From contig JASFEA010000009.1 in NCBI GenBank assembly GCA_050125095.1, positions 1 through 43,165 of the forward strand: a stretch of 43,165 nt of DNA, given 5' to 3'. Shown here in pieces: positions 8,383 to 16,846 of the stretch (its first letter is position 1; every line of letters starts with the position of its first letter). The notes under the pieces were generated by a model. The model was not told the DNA's origin and searched no databases. It saw nothing but the letters and a program-made list of their open reading frames with translations. This stretch comes from a bacterium. GTDB taxonomy: Bacteria; Arandabacterota; Arandabacteria; Arandabacterales; JALGWA01. The translations under genes were made by a program, and so were the position numbers.

Positions 8383-9198
8383 TTGATAGAGACAGTCGAG
8401 GGCGATGAAGCCCTTCGCATATTCGCCGGCCATTATGCCATAGCGCCCCGGCCCGCGGATACGCAGCCTTCGCGCGGCCTCCTCGAGGCCGTGGTCAGGG
8501 ACTTCTCCAGGCTGCCGTATGAGAACATAAGCAAGATAATAAAGAGCGCCGGCCACGGGGATCCGGCGGAGTCATTCCGGCTTCCCGTGGAGGTCGTCAC
8601 CGATCACGTGGAAAGGGGCTTCGGCGGGACGTGTTTTTCCCTGACCTTTCTTCTGGAGCGCATGCTGCGGGCCCTTGGTTTCGACTGCCACAAGGTGATG
8701 GCGCATATGCATATGGGTGAGAACGTGCACTGCCTCGTGGTCGTAGACCACGGCGGCCGTCGCTTCATGATAGACCCGGGGTACGCCCTGTACGCGGTGA
8801 TCGAACTTATCGGTCGCGGGCGGACCGCCGCGCGCTGCCCGCATGCCCTTGTGGAGGTCGCGCGGGATCATGGCGGCTGCTATAATCTCTACACCGTCGA
8901 TGCCGCGGGCAGGAAGTGGAGATACCGCTTCGCAGACGTCCCGGCCGCGGACGATGAATTCGAGCGGCACTGGATCAGGTCCTTCGACATGCCGACCTTG
9001 AGGAACGTCTGTCTCGGGAGGATAACCGAGAAAGGGCATCTCTATTTGAGAAAGGACTACTTCAAGTTCGCATCTCTCGAGAATATCAGCAAGCGCAGTT
9101 TCAAGACGGGCATTGAGAGGGTCATCGAGGAGGAATTCGGTATCGACAGCAAGTGGGTTGATATGGCCCGGGACGTACTCAAGACGCGGCGGAGGTAG
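8383..9198 (+). CDS. Arylamine N-acetyltransferase family protein
   Basis: PYENI, GGTCF (catalytic Cys), HCLVVV...IDPGY (His, Asp). Start moved to TTG 8383, which follows SD GGAGGAGG at 8369-8376. Confidence 0.8.
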   Translation: MIETVEGDEALRIFAGHYAIAPRPADTQPSRGLLEAVVRDFSRLPYENISKIIKSAGHGDPAESFRLPVEVVTDHVERGFGGTCFSLTFLLERMLRALGFDCHKVMAHMHMGENVHCLVVVDHGGRRFMIDPGYALYAVIELIGRGRTAARCPHALVEVARDHGGCYNLYTVDAAGRKWRYRFADVPAADDEFERHWIRSFDMPTLRNVCLGRITEKGHLYLRKDYFKFASLENISKRSFKTGIERVIEEEFGIDSKWVDMARDVLKTRRR

Positions 9199-9359
9199 GG
9201 GAGAGACGGGGCGGCAGCGGGGAACAAGTAAGGCGGATGCAGGGAAGGAGCATGGATGAGGTAAGCAAGAGGCAGGCACAAGTTGGGCAAGGAGTAAGCG
9301 CGAGGCCGGCAAAAGGTGGACACGAGCCAAGCAAGGGGTAAGGAGAGAGCAAGGACAAG
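9195..9359 (+). repeat. Degenerate 11-bp tandem repeat, 15 units, purine-rich
   Basis: Gap-free 11-nt register: gtaggggagag acggggcggca gcggggaacaa gtaaggcggat gcagggaagga gcatggatgag gtaagcaagag gcaggcacaag ttgggcaagga gtaagcgcgag gccggcaaaag gtggacacgag ccaagcaaggg gtaaggagaga gcaaggacaag. Confidence 0.75.
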
Positions 9360-9361
9360 AT

Positions 9362-9940
9362 ATGGGATTTCTCGGCAGGCCACAGCCCGTGCAGCTTGTG
9401 ATGGGCGTCATATACGGGGATGAGGGCTTCCTGGAGGAGGCCGCCACCGGGCTTGCAGGCGAGCTGGGCGAGATCGATTTGAGGTCGGAGGCTTTCGAAT
9501 TCGACGTCACCGACTACTATCAGGATGAAATGGGCCCCGGTCTCAAGCGCGTTTTCTTAAGCTTCAAAAATCTCATAGACCCCGGCGATATAGTCGATAT
9601 CAAGCTTATGGCCGCCGGGCTCGAGCAGGAGATGAGCCGGGAGGGGAAACGTACGGTCAATCTCGACCCGGGCTACATGGATTTCAACAAGCTCGTTCTG
9701 GTCTCGGCCAAATTCCTCGCGCAGAAGATATATCTGGCGAAAGGTGTTTATGCCGACCCCACAATCTATTACGATAAGGGCTGGAGGGACTACGAGTGGG
9801 CGTTTCCCGACTTCAGGAACGGGAGGTACGGCGGCTTTTTCAGTGAAGTAAGGAACCTGTACAAGGCAAAGATGAGGAATATGGAAAACCCGGCGCCGGG
9901 CGGTAGTGACCGGGAGCCGGCATCAGGAGAAGAGGATTGA
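9362..9940 (+). CDS. DUF4416 family protein
   Basis: TDYYQDEMG.GLKRVF, RTVNLDPGY, KIYLAKGVYAD, EWAFPDFR are typical of this family. Confidence 0.8.
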   Translation: MGFLGRPQPVQLVMGVIYGDEGFLEEAATGLAGELGEIDLRSEAFEFDVTDYYQDEMGPGLKRVFLSFKNLIDPGDIVDIKLMAAGLEQEMSREGKRTVNLDPGYMDFNKLVLVSAKFLAQKIYLAKGVYADPTIYYDKGWRDYEWAFPDFRNGRYGGFFSEVRNLYKAKMRNMENPAPGGSDREPASGEED

Positions 9941-11607
9941 CCGAGAAGACGAATACAGAAGTGATGATAGAGGTCGAGGGCTCGGGTAAGATATCGGTGG
10001 CGCCGGAGACAAAGCCCATCGACATAATAGACCGGCTCTCCTACAAGAGCGAACATGCCATAGTCGCGGCTCGCTTCAATAACAAGGTAGTGCGGCTTTC
10101 ATACCCCCTCACAACTGACGGCAAGCTCAGCTTCGTAACCCTGGACACTTCCGACGGGATGAGCGTCTACAGACGTAGCCTGGCGTTCGTTATGATACGC
10201 GCCGCGCGGGAGCTCTTCCCGGGACAGCGCGTCTATATCAGGCATTCGCTCAGCAAGGGGTATTACTGCGAGATCGGCATGGATCCCACCCTGAGCATGG
10301 CGGACCTTGAGAAGCTCGAGGCCAGAATGAGGGAGATCATCGCGGCCGACGAGCCCTTCGTGCGGCTCGAAGTGCCGGTCGAGGAGGCGCTCAGGACATT
10401 CGAGGAAGACGGCCAGGTAGACAAGGTCGGCATTTTGAGGTACCGGAAGGAACCCATGGTCGCCATCTACAAGCTCGGCGAGTTCACCGACTACTTCTAC
10501 GGTTGTCTAGCTCCGAGCACCGGCTATGCCGACAAGTTCGAGATCAGGGACTACCCTCCGGGTTTCATTCTGAGGTTTCCGCTCTATCAGGATCCCACTA
10601 CCATACCAGAATTCCACGAGCAGAAGAAGATGGCGGAGGTCTTCAGAGAATACGTGAGATGGGGCCAGATCCTGGGCGTGGACAAGGTGGGCGACATAAA
10701 CGAGATAGTGGAACGCGGCGAGACGGCCGAGATGATAAGGGTGGCGGAGGCGCTGCATGAGAAGAAAATGGCCCATTTCGCCGACGACATCGCTTCCAAG
10801 CTCACGCGCCCCAGGCTGATCCTCATTTCGGGGCCGTCGGGCTCGGGCAAGACCACTTTCTCGAAGCGGCTGGCCATACAGATGAGAGTGAACGGGCTCA
10901 AGAACATAACCGTTTCTCTGGACAACTACTTCCTCGACCGGGAGGAGACGCCCCGGGACGAGACGGGTGAATACGATTTCGAGGCGCCGGAGGCCATTGA
11001 TATCAATCTCCTCAACTCGCAGCTCCTCGATCTCTTCGCGGGCAAGGAAGTGGACGTGCCCAGGTTCAGCTTCCGCTACGGCAAGCGCGTGGGTTACCGC
11101 AAGATGAAGCTGGAGCCCGGCCAGATTCTCATACTGGAAGGCATACATGCCATCAATCCCGCGCTCACGCCGTCGATTCCGGCCATAATGAAGTTCAAGG
11201 TTTACGTCAGCGCGCTGTCCCAGCTCAACATCGACTACCATAACAGGGTTCCCACCACGGATTCGCGGAAGCTGCGCCGGATAGTGCGCGACAATCTCTT
11301 CCGGGGCTATAACGCTATCGACACTCTTTCCAGGTGGGCATCGGTAAGGAGGGGAGAGGACCAGTACATCTTCCCTTATCAGGAAGGTGCCGACGCCATG
11401 TTCAACTCGTCGCTTCCCTATGAGCTCTGCGTGATTAAAGAACGCGCGGAGGAACTGCTGTCCAAGGTCACCAATGAACATGAGGAATACGCGGAGGCGC
11501 GCCGCCTTCTACGCTTCCTCTCTTATTTCCTGCCCATTCCCCCGCGGGAGGTGCCCCGAAATTCCATCTTGAGGGAATTTATCGGTGGTAGTATCTTCAA
11601 GTATTGA
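9937..11607 (+). CDS. Nucleoside (uridine) kinase family protein with N-terminal TGS/ThrRS-like domains
   Basis: N-terminus resembles ThrRS (YRRSLAFVM, SLSKGYYCE, LEARMREII, DYFYG). P-loop GPSGSGKTT, SLDNYF, EGIHAIN, RRIVRD. TTGA overlap with the upstream gene. Confidence 0.88.
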   Translation: MTEKTNTEVMIEVEGSGKISVAPETKPIDIIDRLSYKSEHAIVAARFNNKVVRLSYPLTTDGKLSFVTLDTSDGMSVYRRSLAFVMIRAARELFPGQRVYIRHSLSKGYYCEIGMDPTLSMADLEKLEARMREIIAADEPFVRLEVPVEEALRTFEEDGQVDKVGILRYRKEPMVAIYKLGEFTDYFYGCLAPSTGYADKFEIRDYPPGFILRFPLYQDPTTIPEFHEQKKMAEVFREYVRWGQILGVDKVGDINEIVERGETAEMIRVAEALHEKKMAHFADDIASKLTRPRLILISGPSGSGKTTFSKRLAIQMRVNGLKNITVSLDNYFLDREETPRDETGEYDFEAPEAIDINLLNSQLLDLFAGKEVDVPRFSFRYGKRVGYRKMKLEPGQILILEGIHAINPALTPSIPAIMKFKVYVSALSQLNIDYHNRVPTTDSRKLRRIVRDNLFRGYNAIDTLSRWASVRRGEDQYIFPYQEGADAMFNSSLPYELCVIKERAEELLSKVTNEHEEYAEARRLLRFLSYFLPIPPREVPRNSILREFIGGSIFKY

Positions 11608-11628
11608 CCACAATAAGCGGGAACGAGC

Positions 11629-12894
11629 ATGGACGATAAGCGAAAAGACCTCATCACAGCCGGGCTGTACCTCGGCGACGTGACGCTCGTCCTGGCTGCG
11701 TTCGCCAGGGAGCTTCCTTCATATGTGGAGGGCTTCGAACTCGAGAGGGTCATCCCCGATGCCGGTGAACTCGAGCCAGCAAGGCGCGAAGTCGAGACGG
11801 TGGTTCCCGGGCGCGATGAGCTCACCGCCGTTCCCCCTGAGCTCCTCAGGAAGGTTCTCGATACGGCGATAGAGAAGGGCAGGTTCCATTCGGCGTCCCG
11901 ATGCCTCTCGCTTCTCGGGGAACGCGACGCTTACGTGGATCGATTCATAAAAAGCGCCGGTGAGAAACTCAAGGCCGGAGACACAGTCGGCGCCGCGCAC
12001 GATATCTCCGTTGCTTCCAATCTCGAGTCGGACACCGGCTTCCCGCTCTTCCAGTACTCCGGGCCCGAGCTGCATTTCGGCTGCACGACTGCGCCGGAGG
12101 GTTGCCTGACGAGGGCTCCGGCGGAGGAAGCCATAGCGAGAGCGCTCAATTACCTCCTCGAAGGCGAGAAGGTGCTGGCCTTCGCAGACAACCTCGGACC
12201 CGATGAGAAGAAGAGCCTGCTCCCGCATGTCGCCATGGAGAGGGATCCGGGCTTAAGGGAATTCTACGCGGCCCTGTCCAATACCAACAAGGTTCTGGGC
12301 GAGATCGAGACCGGTGATATCGAGAGCCTGAGGGCGGACATCAGGCGCGCGGCCGATGTAATGGCGGCCCTGGCTGATTTCCTGAGGAACGCCTCGCCGG
12401 CCGACGAAGCCTCGGGCGCCGCGCTCGACCGGGCGAGGAGAATGGCGGACGGCTTCGGCAAGGACTTCGGGGGCATAGACTCGCTCATAAGCGACTTCCA
12501 GCTGAGGCGCATTAAGCGGCGCATAGGCAACGTCCTGGATTCCGAGGACGATCTCAGGGCCGCGGCCGAAGCCGTAAAGCGCGGCGGCAGCGAAGATGCC
12601 CTGGCTTCCGCGACCGCGCTTGTGGAGGAGTTCCGCGCCAGGGGCATACCGGATAAGATCGACGATATAGAGGCCAGGCTTGTGGGGATCCAGGTGGCTC
12701 TGCTGGGCCGGTCGGTTCACTCGCAGGAGCACTGGCAATATCTCAGGGAGCTCGCATTCAAGTACCCCGCGAGCCCCGTCATGTGCTGCATAAGGAAGCT
12801 GAACGACCGCTACATGGTTGTCCCGAGGTGGGACGGCGAGATAACTCGGGTATTCAGGGACTTCTTCGAAAGGGCCTCCGCGGACCCCGCCTGA
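11629..12894 (+). CDS. Hypothetical helical/coiled-coil protein
   Basis: 421-aa ORF 21 nt after the kinase, with genome-typical codon use. Motifs HFGC...GC and HSQEHWQYLRELAFKYP..PVMCC. Family not recognised. Confidence 0.75.
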   Translation: MDDKRKDLITAGLYLGDVTLVLAAFARELPSYVEGFELERVIPDAGELEPARREVETVVPGRDELTAVPPELLRKVLDTAIEKGRFHSASRCLSLLGERDAYVDRFIKSAGEKLKAGDTVGAAHDISVASNLESDTGFPLFQYSGPELHFGCTTAPEGCLTRAPAEEAIARALNYLLEGEKVLAFADNLGPDEKKSLLPHVAMERDPGLREFYAALSNTNKVLGEIETGDIESLRADIRRAADVMAALADFLRNASPADEASGAALDRARRMADGFGKDFGGIDSLISDFQLRRIKRRIGNVLDSEDDLRAAAEAVKRGGSEDALASATALVEEFRARGIPDKIDDIEARLVGIQVALLGRSVHSQEHWQYLRELAFKYPASPVMCCIRKLNDRYMVVPRWDGEITRVFRDFFERASADPA

Positions 12895-12904
12895 GCCTGC
12901 GTGC

Positions 12905-15256
12905 CTACATGCCCGACGCCAGGTCCGCCAGCTTCTCTATGACGGCCGCTTTCTTCTCAACGCCCGTGTTGACGAGATAGCAGGGCACGAGCTTCAGCAG
13001 ATACTCGAAGTACCGCCGGTGAAGGTCCAGCCGGTCGCGCGTCGGCACAAGGATATAGGGATTGTAGTAGGGTTGGCTGTCTATGGCCGCCAGCGCCGAG
13101 CCCGACCTGGCGTACCTGCCTTCCTCCAGATAGTGAATGGCGTCCTCCGCGCCCAGTCTCTCCACGGTGCGGGAAGTCCGGTCGCTCCGCAGGACGGCGA
13201 TTGCGCCCAGCGTGGTGCGCTTGACGTACTTGTCGACGCCGCCGAGCCAGTAGGGGTCCAGGAGCGCCCGCGAGTACTTGCTCGCCCAGTAGCAGCGCGG
13301 CTCGCCCCTGTCGAGATCGCAGGAATCGATATCCGGGCATGACGTGTTCAGACAATCCTCTTTGCGCGTAACCACGTTCTCGAGCTTGCTCTTGTCGAAG
13401 AGAACGCCGAGATCACCGTATGTCCGGGCCACCCTGGTTCTCACGTAGAACTTTCGCTCGGAGACGTCGGCCACCGCCTGGCTGGCCGAGTAACGCACCA
13501 CGAAAAAGTCATTGGAGTGCATCTTCGCGCCGGGATAACGCAGGAGCCCGTAGGCGATTGTGCCCCGGCCCAGGCCCGGGGGCGCTATGACGGCCAGGCC
13601 CTTGCCGTCGAAGTCCAGGCAAGCGCCGTGTATGGTATGTGTCTCGGATACATGCTCCACGATGTCGGTCACGAGCGCGAGCGCCCACTTGCGGACCTGG
13701 TCGTATGAGTCGCAGTTTATGATGACGCCCGTCTTGGAGTCGAAGCTGTAAAAGGCGCGCGGCTCACGGCCCGGGACGCCGTCGACGGCGTAGACGATGG
13801 CATGCGGCTCGACGTCGCCCTCGAGCTCGCTGGGATACCAGTTCTCGGTCCAGAACTCGTAGACGTTGCGCATGTTGGTGCGCAGCTGCACTATCACGCC
13901 CGATATGTTGGCGTTCCATTCGAAGTAGTTGTCATGTCTCAGCACGGACTCTATCTCGGAGACAAGCGCGTTCCTCATCTTGACCGGGATCTCGTTCTCG
14001 CTCGGCACCGTGCCCTTTACATGCGTCATGACATTGCTCAGGGTTACGCGCTTGATACTCGGCGCCGTTCTGAGCCTGGAGACGGCGTCGGTGATCCGGT
14101 CCATGGCCTTCTCGACATTCTCCATGGAGGTCGCGTATGAGATCCTTATGCAGTCGTTCCGGCCGAAGGCCGCTCCCGGGACGATGGCCACGTTGGCGTA
14201 CTTGAGGAGGAAGTAGGCCAGGCCGTGCGAGTTCCGGATGAGCATGCCCTTGTATTCCTTGTCGAAGTAGGCCGAGAAGTTGGGGAATACGTAGAACGCT
14301 CCCCTTGGCTCGACGCATGAGACATTGGGTATCATGCGGAGCTTCTGCATGACGTAATTCCTGCGCCTCTGGAACTCCGACACCATGCGGGGGATATCCA
14401 TCTGCGGACCTTCATAGGCCTCAATTGCGGCCGCCTGGGACACAGAGCAGGCGTTGGACGTGTTGTGCCCCTGGGCCTTATTCATGGCGGCGATGACGTC
14501 CCTGGGGCCCGCGGCGAAACCGATGCGCCAGCCCGTCATGGAGTAGGCCTTGGAGACGCCGTTTATAATGATGGTCTTCTCCTTTATTGCCTTGCCCAGC
14601 GAGGCGATGCTGGCGAAGCGGAAGCCGTCATAGACGAGCTTCTCGTATATTTCGTCGGCCACTATGTAAAGGCCTTCCTTTGCCGCTATGGTGCAGAGCG
14701 CCTCCAGCTCCTCCCGCGTGTAAGCCGTGCCCGTGGGGTTCGATGGATTGTTTATGATGATGGCCTTGGTGTTGAAGTTTATGGCCTGCTCCAGCGCCTC
14801 GGGCTTGAGCTTGAAGTCGTCCTCCTCGCGCGTCTGGACGATGACGGACCGCCCGCCGGCCAGCGTGACCTGCTGGGGATAGGACACCCAGTAGGGCGCC
14901 GGTATGATGACCTCTTCGCCCGGGCTTATGATGGACATGAAGAGATTGAAGAGCGAGTTCTTGGCGCCGGCCGAGACGATTACCTCGTCGGGCGAGTAGT
15001 CCAGGTTGTTGTCGCGCTTGAGCTTCTCTATTATGGCCCGCCTGAGTTCCGGAAGTCCCGGGTTGGGCGTGTACTTGGTCAGGTTTCTGTCTATCGCCGC
15101 CTTGCCGGCCTCTTTGATGTTCTCGGGCGTGGGGAAGTCCGGCTCGCCGACGCCCATATTGATGACGTCGATCCCCTGGGCCATGAGCTCCTTGGCCTTG
15201 GCCATGATCCTCAAGGTCTCGGAGGCGCCTACCTTGGAGATTCTGTCAGATAACAT
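12905..15256 (-). CDS. Class I/II PLP aminotransferase (AspC-like) fused to a C-terminal PEPCK/HPr-kinase-like P-loop domain
   Basis: First ~400 aa: GEPDF, GAK, NNPSNPTG, DEIY, GVSKAYSMTGWRIG (PLP lysine), RISYA. C-terminal ~380 aa: HGACLDFDGKGLAVIAPPGLGRGT, MHSNDF, ERKFYVRT, KLENV. Confidence 0.88.
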   Translation of the reverse strand: MLSDRISKVGASETLRIMAKAKELMAQGIDVINMGVGEPDFPTPENIKEAGKAAIDRNLTKYTPNPGLPELRRAIIEKLKRDNNLDYSPDEVIVSAGAKNSLFNLFMSIISPGEEVIIPAPYWVSYPQQVTLAGGRSVIVQTREEDDFKLKPEALEQAINFNTKAIIINNPSNPTGTAYTREELEALCTIAAKEGLYIVADEIYEKLVYDGFRFASIASLGKAIKEKTIIINGVSKAYSMTGWRIGFAAGPRDVIAAMNKAQGHNTSNACSVSQAAAIEAYEGPQMDIPRMVSEFQRRRNYVMQKLRMIPNVSCVEPRGAFYVFPNFSAYFDKEYKGMLIRNSHGLAYFLLKYANVAIVPGAAFGRNDCIRISYATSMENVEKAMDRITDAVSRLRTAPSIKRVTLSNVMTHVKGTVPSENEIPVKMRNALVSEIESVLRHDNYFEWNANISGVIVQLRTNMRNVYEFWTENWYPSELEGDVEPHAIVYAVDGVPGREPRAFYSFDSKTGVIINCDSYDQVRKWALALVTDIVEHVSETHTIHGACLDFDGKGLAVIAPPGLGRGTIAYGLLRYPGAKMHSNDFFVVRYSASQAVADVSERKFYVRTRVARTYGDLGVLFDKSKLENVVTRKEDCLNTSCPDIDSCDLDRGEPRCYWASKYSRALLDPYWLGGVDKYVKRTTLGAIAVLRSDRTSRTVERLGAEDAIHYLEEGRYARSGSALAAIDSQPYYNPYILVPTRDRLDLHRRYFEYLLKLVPCYLVNTGVEKKAAVIEKLADLASGM

Positions 15257-15258
15257 GA

Positions 15259-16665
15259 CTATTCCTCACCGGCTTCTCTGCCTTTGCCTCCATCCAGCGC
15301 GTCGGCTTTCTTCCGCATAGCGGAGAGATTGGTGAGCAGCTTCTTGAGGTCCTCGCCGCCTAAAGACTCGACGATGGTGGGCAGCTGTGCGAGAACTCTG
15401 GCGACCTCTCCCGTGACGCGCGACGCCCCCAGCGACCCGTCTCCCGAGCCGCCGACCACCACTATCTTGTCGACCTTTGACAGGGGTTCGGCGACGGCCC
15501 TCGCGAGCTCGGGTAGCGACTCTATGAACATCTGGTAAATGGCCGCCTGGTTGTACTGGCTCCAGGACTCGGCCTTCTTCTTCATGCCTTCGGCTTCGGC
15601 CAGGATCCTGGCCCTCAGTATATCGGCCTCGGCGCTTCCCTCGAGCTTCTTGGCGACGGCGCGGCCCTTGGCCTCTATCTCGGAGCGGTAGGACTCGGCC
15701 TCCGCGGGGCGCTTGACGGTGGCTTCAAGCTCCTTCTCCTTGCGCTTAATCTCCATCTCCTCGAGCTCGACGGCCTTCTTCTTCTCGACTATCCTGACGT
15801 CGGCCTCTTCGGCCTTGATCTGCTTGTTCATCTTGTGGCGCTCGAGCTCGTAGGAGAGGTCGGCCTTGGCGCGCTTCTCATTGACGGCGGCCTGGTACTC
15901 GGCGCGCTTGGATTCGAAGTCCCGCGTTACCTCCGCGACTTCGGTCTCGGCCCTGAGGCGCGCGATGTCGCCTTCCTTGCGCGCTTCGGCTGCCTTGATT
16001 GCGGCGAACTTCTCGGCCTCGGCCTCTGCTATTGCGGCCTCTCCCTTGATCCTGGCGATCTCGGGCCTTCCGAGCGCTTCGAGATAGCCCTGGGTGTCCG
16101 TGATCTCGGTAAGCGAGAAGGAGATTATGGAAAGGCCCATCCAGGCCAGATCCTTGCCGGCCTCCTCCTCGACCATATCGGCGAATTCCTTGCGGTTCCT
16201 GTATATCTCCTCCACCGTCATGGTGCCGATGGTGGAGCGGACGTGGCCCTCTATTATCTGAAGCGACACCTGCCGCATGCCCTCGAGTCCCTCGCCGAGG
16301 AATTGCTCGGCGGCCTGGCGGATGTCGTAGTCGGTGCTCCTGACCCTTACCTGGGCTGTTCCCTTGACGACCACGGGTATGCCCTTCGAAGTCATAATCT
16401 CGGGAGTCTTGACGTCAATCGTGAAGACCTCGAGCGAGAGGACCTCGGCTGTCTCTACGAACGGCAGAACGAAGGTGCCTCCGCCTATATGGGTTCGGTA
16501 GCCTATTTTCTTGGTGGTCCCGTCAGGGTCTGTGATGGTGCGTTTTCTGCCGCCCGAGATGATGAGCACTTCATTGGGGCCGACTTTGCGATACTGCTTC
16601 CAGAGAGCCAGAATGAGGATAGCCACTGCAGCCGCGGCAATGATCACTACATAGTACCAAGGCAT
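15259..16665 (-). CDS. Flotillin/SPFH domain membrane protein
   Basis: N-terminal TM helix, YRKVGPNEVLIISG, AAEQFLG, GYLEALG, Ala/Glu-rich coiled coil, AEPLSKVDKIVVV. SD GGAGG. Confidence 0.92.
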   Translation of the reverse strand: MPWYYVVIIAAAAVAILILALWKQYRKVGPNEVLIISGGRKRTITDPDGTTKKIGYRTHIGGGTFVLPFVETAEVLSLEVFTIDVKTPEIMTSKGIPVVVKGTAQVRVRSTDYDIRQAAEQFLGEGLEGMRQVSLQIIEGHVRSTIGTMTVEEIYRNRKEFADMVEEEAGKDLAWMGLSIISFSLTEITDTQGYLEALGRPEIARIKGEAAIAEAEAEKFAAIKAAEARKEGDIARLRAETEVAEVTRDFESKRAEYQAAVNEKRAKADLSYELERHKMNKQIKAEEADVRIVEKKKAVELEEMEIKRKEKELEATVKRPAEAESYRSEIEAKGRAVAKKLEGSAEADILRARILAEAEGMKKKAESWSQYNQAAIYQMFIESLPELARAVAEPLSKVDKIVVVGGSGDGSLGASRVTGEVARVLAQLPTIVESLGGEDLKKLLTNLSAMRKKADALDGGKGREAGEE

Positions 16666-16710
16666 ACTATTACCCTCCCATGAGTACGTGAATTGTCATC
16701 CAGACGTTGG

Positions 16711-16739
16711 ATTATAGGCAGAATAACAGGCCTTGGCAA
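16711..16739 (-). promoter_or_regulatory. Sigma70-type promoter for flotillin-aminotransferase
   Basis: Minus strand TTGCCA (16739-16734), 17 nt, TATAAT (16716-16711). Confidence 0.75.
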
Positions 16740-16775
16740 CCGAAATAGTCGGTGCTCCGAAATCGAATTCCGGTG

Positions 16776-16804
16776 TTGCCATTCGCGCCTTTTGTTACTA
16801 TAAT
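16776..16804 (+). promoter_or_regulatory. Sigma70-type promoter for pckA
   Basis: TTGCCA (16776-16781), 17 nt, TATAAT (16799-16804). Confidence 0.75.
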
Positions 16805-16846
16805 GGCGGGCTGGAAGCGGGGCGGAACTACAGGCTTGGAGGAGTC

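Noticed and set aside
16733-16846. N-terminal extension of PckA from TTG 16733
   Set aside because: It overlaps both divergent promoters. GTG 16847 follows a GGAGG.
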